Source: Macrostomum lignano (taxonomy: Eukaryota). Taken from it: 64,000 nucleotides of DNA. Positions 49,935 through 60,748 of the stretch are shown here, one piece after another. Position 1 is the first letter of the stretch. The number at the start of each line of letters is the position of its first letter. Under the pieces are notes generated by a model, which saw nothing but the letters and a program-made list of their open reading frames with translations, ran no database searches and was not told the DNA's origin. Made by a program: the position numbers and the translations under genes. The DNA is taken from the NCBI GenBank assembly GCA_002269645.1, contig NIVC01000413.1, positions 124,001-188,000 on the forward strand, written 5' to 3'.

Positions 49935-51632
49935 GAGAGATAGGACAGACCATAGAGAAATGAGACAGACCAGAGAGAGATGGGACGGACCAGAGATGGG
50001 ACAGACCAGAGATGGGACAGACCAGAGAGAGATGGGACAGACCAGAGATGGGACAGACCAGAGATGGGACAGACCAGAGATGGGACAGACCAGAGAGAGA
50101 TGGGACAGACCAGAGATGGGACAGACCAGAGATGGGACAGACCAGAGATGGGACAGACCAGAGATGGGACAGACCAGAGAGAGATGGGACAGACCAGAGA
50201 TGGGACAGACCAGAGAGAGATGGGACAGATCAGAGAGAGATGGGACAGACCAGAGATGGGACAGACCAGAGATGGGACAGACCAGAGAGAGATGGGACAG
50301 ATCAGAGAGAGATGGGACAGACCAGAGATGGGACAGACCAGAGATGGGACAGACCAGAGATGGGACAGACCAGAGATGGGACAGACCAGAGATGGGACAG
50401 ACCAGAGATGGGACAGACCAGAGATGGGACAGACCAGAGATGGGACAGACCAGAGATGGGACAGACCAGAGATGGGACAGACCAGAGATGGGACAGACCA
50501 GAGATGGGACAGACCAGAGATGGGACAGACCAGAGATGGGACAGACCAGAGATGGGACAGACCAGAGATGGGACAGACCAGAGATGGGACAGACCAGAGA
50601 TGGGACAGACCAGAGATGGGACAGACCAGAGATGGGACAGACCAGAGATGGGACAGACCAGAGATGGGACAGACCAGAGATGGGACAGACCAGAGATGGG
50701 ACAGACCAGAGATGGGACAGACCAGAGATGGGACAGACCAGAGATGGGACAGACCAGAGATGGGACAGACCAGAGATGGGACAGACCAGAGATGGGACAG
50801 ACCAGAGATGGGACAGACCAGAGATGGGACAGACCAGAGATGGGACAGACCAGAGATGGGACAGACCAGAGATGGGACAGACCAGAGATGGGACAGACCA
50901 GAGAGAGATGGGACAGACCAGAGAGAGATGGGACAGACCAGAGAGAGATGGGACAGACCAGAGAGAGATGGGACAGACCAGAGATGGGACAGACCAGAGA
51001 GAGATGGGACAGACCAGAGATGGGACAGACCAGAGAGAGATGGGACAGACCAGAGAGAGATGGGACAGATCAGAGAGAGATGGTACAGATCAGAGAGAGA
51101 TGGGACAGACCAGAGAGAGATGGGACAGACCAGAGATGGGACAGACCAGAGAGAGATGGGACAGATCAGAGAGAGATGGGACAGACCAGAGAGAGATGGG
51201 ACAGACCAGAGAGAGATGGGACAGATCAGAGAGAGATGGGACAGACCAGAGAGAGATGGGACAGATCAGAGAGAGATGGGACAGACCAGAGAGAGATGGG
51301 ACAGACCAGAGATGGGACAGACCAGAGAGAGATGGGACAGACCAGAGATGGGACAGACCAGAGAGAGATGGGACAGACCAGAGAGAGATGGGACAGATCA
51401 GAGAGAGATGGGACAGACCAGAGAGAGATGGGACAGACCAGAGAGAGATGGGACAGACCAGAGATGAGACAGACCAGAGAGAGATGGGACAGATCAGAGA
51501 GAGATGGGACAGACCAGAGAGAGATGGGACAGATCAGAGAGAGATGGGACAGACCAGAGAGAGATGGGACAGACCAGAGAGAGATGGGACAGACCAGAGA
51601 GAGATGGGACAGACCAGAGAGAGATGGGACAG
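49935..51632. repeat. 16/20-bp minisatellite
   Basis: (GAGATGGGACAGACCA)n with GAGA-extended 20-bp variants. Confidence 0.97.
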
Positions 51633-52609
51633 CTTAGAGAAAAATCGCAGAACAAAATGAAAGGAGACAACAAACTCTCTCGCTCACGCACACGAGAGTA
51701 AGGGAAGGCGTTTCACGTACTGGCGGGCTGCGCAGGCGCTTCGCAGTCGCAATTGGCGTTTGCTTATTTACATAATTTGCAATCCACTATATGCCAAGGC
51801 ATGTCGTGTAAGACTGACTCCGTGCGGAGTGCGGCACTACATTCTGTAGTTACCACTAATAGTTAATGAAATAAAACTATACAGAGTCACTCTCTCTGCG
51901 TGTGTGTAAGGCACGAGGCCATAGTGGCAGTTTTTCTATTGTATAAAGACGATTTACACGATTTGTTACTCACGGTTGAGATTGGTGCAGTTTTGTCACG
52001 TATCTATCTACGAGCGTATCTATTAGATAGACACGGTTCAGCAAAGCACAAGCGATTGTTTAAAAAGTGCTCGATCCTTGACAGACTCCTCGTCCGATGC
52101 GTTTTGTTTTAAACTGGGTTGCCGGCCAAAAGAAACCCGCGTTTATTTTGCATTGGACGGAATTCTGTTAAGGGTTGGCCTCGCTGTTGATCGACTCGTG
52201 AGAGCTCATCTGTTTTTGATATTCTCATTGCTCCTGTGTGCTTGCTTACTTATGCTTTTGCTTGTTTAGTGTGCTATTCTGTTGTTTTGTTTAATTGTTG
52301 AGTTTCTGTGCTGTTTTGTGAGTTCTGTCGTTTTAAACGAGCCTACCGAACCGGAATAAAGGTTCAATTTTAAGGAAACTCTGTTTTCCTATCGATACTA
52401 CTAGTTAGCAGTAGAATTAAATGAGCATACAGATGTTGTACAAAACAAAATGAGAAAACGAGATTGAAAGGCTTATGAAGTCGGAGGAGACTGCTTCAGC
52501 ATTCAATTCATTAGAAAGTGAGGGCGAGAGGGAGAAGATCGAGGGGTAGATGGAGAGGAGAGAGGAGAGGACATTTAAGTCACTCCTCAGACTTCAAAGT
52601 CTCCATCCG

Positions 52610-53400
52610 TTAAGTTACTCTCCAGACCTTTAAGTCACACTCCGGACCTTAGAGTGAGTCACTCTCCAGACCTTAGAGTGAGTCACTCTCCAGACCTTAG
52701 AGTGAGTCACTCTCCAGACCTTTAAGTCACTCTCCAGATCTTTAGGTTACTCTACAGACTTTTAGGTCACTCTCCATACTTTTAAGTCACTCTCCAGATC
52801 TTTAGGTTACTCTACAGACTTTTAGGTCACTCTCCATACCTTTAAGTCACTCTCCAGATCTTTAGGTTACTCTACAGACTTTTAGGTCACTCTCCAGACC
52901 TTTAAGTCACTCTCCAGATCTTTAGGTTACTCTACAGACTTTTAGGTCACTCTCCATACTTTTAAGTCACTCTCCAGATCTTTAGGTTACTCTACAGACT
53001 TTTAGGTCACTCTCCATACCTTTAAGTCACTCTCCAGATCTTTAGGTTACTCTACAGACTTTTAGGTCACTCTCCAGACCTTTAAGTCACTCTCCAGATA
53101 TTTAGGTCACTCTACAGACTTTTAGGTCACTCTCCATACCTTTAAGTCACTCTCCAGATCTTTAGGTCACTCTACAGACTTTTAGGTCACTCTCCAGACC
53201 TTTAAGTCACTCTCCATATCTTTAGGGCACTCTACAGACTTTTAGGTCACTCTCCAAATCTTTAGGTCACTCTACAGACTTTTAGGTCATTCTCCAAACC
53301 TTTAAATCACTCATCAGACCTTATAAGCACTCTCCAGACCTTTAAGTCACACTCCGGACCTTAGAGTGATCCACTCTCCAGACTTTAGAGTCCCTCTCCA
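52610..53400. repeat. 20-bp minisatellite
   Basis: (CTTTARGTCACTCTMCAGAC)n with higher-order periodicity. Confidence 0.95.
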
Positions 53401-54729
53401 GACCTTCAAGACCCAACTCAACTTGCAGCTGCTCATCCGTCCGCTGCTACTCAGCCGAGCTGCATCAGTGGCAACCGCTTCTGATGGACCTCAACCGCGT
53501 CGGCTCCTGGCGCCAGAAACAGAGAAATGTGCTGCTCCAATTGATGACCGTAGCAGATTGGCGAAGATCGCCACATGTAGTTGAGCGTGAGGGCAGGTTC
53601 CGGCGGATGCTGCAGCGGCACCCTGGCAACCTGACAACAAACGCAGAGGCAATTCTGCGCCCATTCCGCTGACTCCCGAGCCCAATACAAGCTCACCAAT
53701 ATTGTACTCACGCACGCACTCGTACACACGCTCACACAGGGTGTACAGCAACCATTTGACTTTCTAATCGTCAGGCATGTGCACTCTCTGTGCCTTGTGG
53801 GTCGGCCTTCATGGGCGTGAGACAACCTTAATTTTCCTGCACACAAGCCCCAAATTAATGTGGTAGCTCAAGGAATCGAACCATGCAAGGGTCCCGCGGG
53901 CTGCTCTGCCACCAGTGATTAGTAAGTAGTATATTTCGAATGTGATTGATTTATTGCCAAAACTAATTCAAAAGAATTTATAATTGCACAACTTTATCTA
54001 CAAAAAAAATTATATTTCTACTAGCAATCTGGCTGACAAGTAGTGTGCTTCGAATACGAAACAAATATGATCTTTTGTTGAATATTTTGCATTTCTCAAT
54101 ATTTTGAGTTTTTTAAACAAACAGCAAATTTTATAGGAAATGATTGCCCGTTTTCTAGATAGCTAGATTGAATCAATTGCTCATGCTTATACTTCATCTC
54201 TTCTCAAAACTGTCAAATTAAAACCTTGAAAAGCCGAAAAGCTGACAACAAATACGCTCGTAATTTGCTGCTGCTGCAACTTTCAATGGCTGATAAAAAT
54301 CTCTTAATCTCTTTTTCTGCAAAATTCCCCGCTCAATACCCAAAGATGTTGCTAATCCTGCAGGCTAGAAGATGCGGCTAATTAGTGTAAAGGGCAGCGG
54401 CTTAGGGATTAAGGATGGTTTGTGTCTGAGGGAAGGAAATTGGGACTGGCAATCTCTTGAATCTGCTCTAATTGGAATCTCCAGTGTCCCAATGACTTTC
54501 GTGATGCAGAAACTCGCTCTGGAAAATATTTGCCAATATGACAGGCATTCAGAGCTCTGTGTTTTCTTCCTGTGTACTTGAAATATTGCGATTAGTTATT
54601 GTACATGTATATCTGATGGGGAAATGGGAAGACTTTGAAACAGGAGCGAATAAATGAAGAGACAGGGCAAATGTTTAACAGCTCCTTGATGGAAGATTGT
54701 TTGGGGGTAAGAACAGAAGAGAGTGGAAA

Positions 54730-54960
54730 GGAGAAAAAAGGAGATGAGATGAGAGAAGAGAGGATATCAGATGAAAGGATATCACATGAGAGGAGAAGAG
54801 AGAAGAGAGATAAGAGAAAAAAGAAAGAGATGAGATAATAGGAGATAAGAGGATAAGAGAGGCGATGAGATGAGAGGAGATGAGATGAGAGGGGATGAGA
54901 TGAGATGAAAAGATACAAGAGGAGAGGAGAGGAGATGAGAGGATCGAATGGGATGACAGA
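54730..54960. repeat. GA-rich low-complexity tract
   Basis: GAGAT / GAGAG / GAGAA degenerate units. Confidence 0.8.
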
Positions 54961-55052
54961 TTGAGAGGGACTGGGCTCTCGAACTCTAGAATACGAGAGC
55001 CCAGTGCCACTACTGCCACTAAGGAACCGCAAGCTGCTGTCAATCCAGCCTC

Positions 55053-58000
55053 TCAGATGAAGATCTCGCACCGAGTCTGTATGCATTTGTCATTGCCGAA
55101 GCACTCAATGATGTCCTCTCGAATAACCGTGGTGGCTCTGCGCTGCTGCTGCTGCTGCGGCTGCCGCTGCTGACAGCCGCTACTGGCAGGGGAGCCGCTC
55201 CTCGGCGGAGGCCGCACCTTGAAGGTGTGCTTCGTCCACGGTCGGTGATCCTTCTTTCGAGTTGACGCCGCAGCGCCAGCTGCGTCAGCTTTGAGTTGCT
55301 GTTGCTGCAGCAGCTGCTGACGCTGCGATCCGTTGAGGTTCCGTCCGCCGCTGCTGGAGGTCCAAGTCGGCGACAGGAGCGCGGAGCTGGGCCCGCCGCC
55401 TGCCCCGCCTTCATCGGCTCCGCCAGCCGCCTCCAGCGAGTCCTGCTGGCAGTCGAAGACTGAGTCATCCACTGGCGGCACAATGATCAGCTCGATGTTC
55501 TCGGGTTTGTTGTCCGTCGGGTTGCTGCCAAGGCTGCGGTGGGCGCCACTGCTGCGGCGGTGACAGCAGGCCGGCAGGCGGACTGCCAGGTCGTCTGCAT
55601 GGGTGGTTTGGTGGGGTGAGATTTTGGTGGCTTTGGGTGAGATTTTGGTGGCTTTGGGTGAGATTTTGGTGCCTTTGGGTGAGATTTTGGTGCCTTTGGG
55701 TGAGATTTTGGTGGCTTTGGGTGAGATTTTGGTGGCTTTGGGTGAGATTTTATTGTCATTTGGTGAGACTTTGGTGACATTGGGTGAGACTTTGGTGACA
55801 TTGGGTGAGACTGGTGACATTGGGTGAGACTTTGATGACATTGGGTGAGACTTTGGTGACATTGGGTGAGATTTTATTGTCATTGGGTGAGACTTTGGTG
55901 ACATTGGGTGAGACTTTGGTGACATTGGGTGAGACTGGTGACATTGAGTGAGACTTTGGTGACATTGGGTGAGATTTTGGTGACATTGGGTGAGACTTTA
56001 TTGTCATTGGGTGAGATTTTGGTGACATTGGTTGAGACTTTGGTGACATTGGTATAGATTTTATTCGTATTTTCACTCTCACCCTGAGTTCGATAGCACA
56101 GATCTTTGAAATCCGTCCTGATCCATTCCTCATCATTCTTGATCGGGCCCTGGGTGTAGAACCACGGCGTGAAGAAGTCGTTAAAGAAGATGTGCAGCAC
56201 CACGAAGTCCTGATCGTCCCGACGGATTCGAAGGATGTTGGCGGCGTTCCAGGGACCATAGGCCTCTTCAAGCAGCTGCATGAAGTGGCTGGCAAACCGC
56301 ATGCTGTGGAATGTCACTCCGTAGCGGTTGCCTTCGTGTGACACTGTGTACCATCCTGAGTGACAGGGGAGAGTGACAGTGTGCCATTATAGTGACAAGG
56401 GTGATGGGAAAGAGTGACAGGATTGATGGAGAGAGTGACAGGGGTGATGGAGGAGAGTGACATGATTGATGGGTAGAGAGTGACAGGGGTGATGGGGAGA
56501 GAGTGACAGAGTTGATAGGGGAGAGTGACAGGGTTGATGGGTAGAGAGTGACAGGGGTGATGGGGAGAGTGACAGGGTGATGGGGGAGAGTGACAGGATT
56601 GATGGAGGAGAGTGACAGGATTGATGGGTAGAGAGTGACAGGGGTGATGGGGAGAGAGTGACAGAGTTGATAGGGGAGAGTGACAGGGGTGATGGAGGAG
56701 AGTGACAGGATTGTTGGGTAGAGAGTGACAGGGGTGATGGGGAGAGAGTGACAGAGTTGATAGGGGAGAGTGACAGGGTTGATGGGGGAGAGTGACAGGG
56801 GTGATGGGGAGAGAGTGACAGTTTATAGGGGAGAGTGACAGGGGTGATGGGGAGAGAGTGACAGTTTATAGGGGAGAGTGACAGGGGTGATGGAGGAGAG
56901 TGACAGGATTGTTGGGTAGAGAGTGACAGGGGTGATGGGGAGAGAGTGACAGAGTTGATAGGGGAGAGTGACAGGGTTGATGGGGGAGAGTGACAGGGGT
57001 GATGGGGAGAGAGTGACAGTTTATAGGGGAGAGTGACAGGGGTGATGGAGGAGAGTGACAGGATTGATGGGTAGAGAGTGACAGGGGTGATAAGGAGAGA
57101 GTGACAGAGTTGATAGGGGAGAGTGACAGGGTTGATGGGGGAGAGTGACAGGGGTGATGGGGAGAGAGTGACAGTTTATAGGGGAGAGTGACAGGGGTGA
57201 TGGGGAGAGAGTGACAGTTTATAGGGGAGAGTGACAGGGGTGATGGAGGAGAGTGACAGGGTTGATGGGGGAGAGTGACAGGGGTGATGGGGAGAGAGTG
57301 ACAGAGTTGATAGGGGAGAGTGACAGGATTGATGGGGGAGAGTGACAGGGTGATGGGGAGAGAGTGACAGAGTTGATAGGGGAGAGTGACAGGATTGATA
57401 GGGGAGAGTGACAGGGGTGATGGAGGAGAGTGACAGGGTTGATGGAGGAGAGTGACAGGGTTGATGGGGGAGAGTGACAGGGGTGATGGGGAGAGAGTGA
57501 CAGAGTTGATAGGGGAGAGTGACAGGATTGATGGGGGAGAGTGACAGGGTGATGGGGAGAGAGTGACACGATGGGCCAACATAAGCGACTTTGTTCTGCG
57601 CCTATAGTAGTCTTAGATTTAAAAAATCAACCTATAGAAAAGCGCAGTTTTATGCCATAAAATCGTGGCTTATAGATGCGTGTCTCACTTCAAACGCCTT
57701 CATTTTAGATTACTGTCTTTTACAACCTTTCTTACCTACGAGTAAATCCTCATTCTTGTCTGAGTAAATAATTGATGGCAATTAAAACTAGCGACTTTCG
57801 AGAAAGAAAGATAATGAGACACGTCAGACAGTTGATGGGGTGTCACGCAATTCAAATCACTTTTCTGAGCACTAATTCACAACTCACTTGTGTCCATTGC
57901 GAACTGGTATTCCTCTGAAATGAAATTCGAATTGGTGCGACGATAAAATGAGACTTTGTTAGCTAAATTAGATTTCTTAGATAATTAAATACCTGACTGG

Positions 58001-60144
58001 CGTCTTGTTCAAATTGCCAATTAGCTGAAAATAATTTTGCCGCTAATTCGAGTGGGAATGAGTTTTCTAAGAAAGCTGAGCTCAAATTTCCAGCACATTA
58101 AGAGATGAGAACAGAGCTTACAAAGTCACTTGCTACATTGGATAAGCTGCTAAAATGTTACTCATTGTGCTTTAAGCCTTCCGTCTCTTCCCTCTGAAGC
58201 GACTGGTTAAAGTAAAGATTATGCTTTCGATACAAGTCGGCAGAAATCACATGAGCTACTGTCCGAGCTACTGTCTGAGCTACTGTCTGAGCTACTGTCT
58301 GAGCTACTGTCTGAGCTACTGTCTGAGCTACTGTCTGAGCTACTGTCTGAGCTACTGTCTGAGCTACTGTCTGAGCTACTGTCTGAGCTACTGTCCGAGC
58401 TACTGTCCGAGCTACTGTCCGAGCTACTGTCTGAGCTATTGTCCGATCTACTATCTGAGCTACTGTCTGAGCTACTGCCCGAGCTACTGTCCGAGCTACT
58501 GTCTGAGCTATTGTCCGATCTACTATCTGAGCTACTGTCTGAGCTATTGTCCGATCTACTATCTGAGCTACTGTCTGAGCTACTATCTGAGCTACTGCCC
58601 GAGCTACTGTCCGAGCTACTGTCTGAGCTACTGTCTGAGCTACTGTCCGAGCTACTCTCCGAGGTCACAGAATAGTCTGTGTATATTCTGCGGTCTGAGC
58701 TACTGTCCGAACTACTGTCCGAGCCACGCAGATGACTCACCCGGCTCGCACAGCACAGGAAATTCATGGTAGCAGCGGTCGCAAGCCCGGAATAGCTGAA
58801 TCGTGTAGCCCAAAGCCATAAATATTACTATGGCAACCGTGATCCCGATTCCTATCGCCCACTTCATGCCGACTCTGCGGGATTTCAGCAAGTCATAAAT
58901 TTTCCCCAGTGTACTGTCAGTCTCACCGTGAATCTGAGAACTTGGTTATTCGCTTTATCATGAGGCCATTGATCTCTCACTGTCACACAGCCACTCTCAC
59001 TGTCACACAGTCACTCTCACTGTCACACAGCCACTCTCACTGTCACACAGCCACTCTCACTGTCACACATCCATTCTCACTGTCACACAGCCACTCTCAC
59101 TGTCACACAGCCATTCTCACTGTCACACAGCCACTCTCACTGTCACACAGCCACTCTCACTATCACACAGCCACTCTCACTGTCACACAGCCACTCTCAC
59201 TATCACACAGCCACTCTCACTGTCACACAGCCATTCTCACTGTCACACAGCCACTCTCACTGTCACACAGCCACTCTAAATATCACACAGTCACTCTCAC
59301 TATCACGCAGCCACTCTAACTATCACACTGCCACTCTCACTGTCACACAGCCACTCTCACTATCACACAGCCATTCTCACTGTCACACAGCCACTCTCAC
59401 TATCACACAGTCACTCTCACTGTCACACAGCCACTCTCACTATCACACAGCCACTCTCACTATCACACAGCCACTCTCACTATCACACAGCCACTCTCAC
59501 TATCACACAGCCACTCTCACTATCACACAGCCACTCTCACTATCACGCAGCCACTCTCACTATCACACAGCCACTCTCACTATCACACAGCCACTTTCAC
59601 TATCACACAGCCACTCTTACTGTCACAGCCACTCTCACTATCACACAGCCACTCTCACTATCACACAGCCACTCTCACTATCACGCAGCCACTCTCACTA
59701 TCACACAGCCACTTTCACTATCACACAGTCACTCTCACTGTCACACAGCCACTCTCACTATCACACAGCCACTCTCACTATCACACAGCCACTCTCACTA
59801 TCACACAGCCACTCTCACTATCACACAGCCACTTTCACTATCACACAGTCACTCTCACTGTCACACAGCCACTCTCACTATCACACAGCCACTCTCACTA
59901 TCACACAGCCACTCTCACTATCACACAGCCACTCTCACTATCACACAGCCACTCTCACTGTCACAGGGCCTCTCTCACTATCACCCAGCCACTCACGTGT
60001 CCCAGTGTGAGCAGCAGGTTTCCCGCCTGGCGGAGCCGCAGCACTCAGTCTCGTCGATGCTGCTGCCGGGTTCCGGGCAGGTGAACCTCCCGTCCGCAGG
60101 CGGTACGGCCGACAGATTTACCCGGTCCTCGTGGAAGCAGGTGT
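55053..60144 (-). CDS. Single-pass membrane protein with a small Cys-rich ectodomain (Shisa/WBP1-like architecture), 5'-incomplete, more than 365 aa
   Basis: Exons 60144-59997, 58874-58741, 56355-56083 and 55594-55053 are phase-consistent. Ectodomain C..FTCP.....ECC......CC; TM WAIGIGITVAIVIFMALGY; cytoplasmic tail with poly-Q. The first exon was not located. Confidence 0.7.
55605..56055. repeat. 21-bp intronic minisatellite
   Basis: (TTGGGTGAGAYTTTGGTGRCW)n. Confidence 0.94.
56365..57570. repeat. About 23-25-bp intronic minisatellite
   Basis: (GAGTGACAGGGGTGATGGGGAGA)n variants. Confidence 0.95.
58253..58725. repeat. 12-bp intronic minisatellite
   Basis: (GAGCTACTGTCY)n. Confidence 0.95.
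58975..59996. repeat. 20-bp intronic minisatellite
   Basis: (CTCACTRTCACACAGCCACT)n. Confidence 0.96.
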
Positions 60145-60164
60145 CTGTGCGGGACAGGTTGGTT

Positions 60165-60748
60165 AGGCAATAGGTAGAAGTAGAGTAGACAATGGGTAGA
60201 AGTAGAGTAGACAATTGGGTAGAAGTAGAGTAGACAATTGGGTAGAAGTAGAGTAGACAATTGGGTAGAAGTAGAGTAGACAATTGGGTAGAAGTAGAGT
60301 AGACACTTGGGTAGAAGTAGAGTAGACAATGGGTAGAAGTAGAGTAGTCAATTGGGTAGAAGTAGAATAGACAATGGGTAGAAGTAGAGTAGACAATTGG
60401 GTAGAAGTAGAGTAGACAATTGGGTAGAAGTAGAGTAGACAATGGGTAGAAGTAGAGTAGTCAATTGGGTAGAAGTAGAATAGATAATGGGTAGAAGTAG
60501 AGTAGACAATTGGGTAGAAGTAGAGTAGACAATGGGTAGAAGTAGAGTAGACAATTGGGTAGAAGTAGAGTAGACAAAGAGGTAAAAGTAGAGTAGACAA
60601 TTGGGTAGAAGTAGAGTAGACAATTGGGTAGAAGTAGAGTAGGCAATGGGTAGAAGTAGAGTAGACAATGGGTAGAAGTAGAGTAGACAATGGGTAGAAG
60701 TAGAGTAGACAATGGGTAGAAGTAGAGTAGAAGTAGAAGTAGAGTAGA
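60165..60748. repeat. 23-bp minisatellite interrupted by the LINE (resumes briefly at about 63159-63195)
   Basis: (AGTAGAGTAGACAATTGGGTAGA)n. Confidence 0.95.

Noticed and set aside
53430-53672. Protein-like plus-strand frame (…MDLNRVGSWRQKQRNVLLQLMTVADWRR…) after a repeat-filled region
   Set aside because: It may be a terminal exon, but no phase-compatible upstream exon or homology was found.
6100-59996. Regular 20-41-bp repeat arrays as possible CRISPR arrays
   Set aside because: Units abut directly with no unique spacers, no cas genes are present, and the context is eukaryotic.
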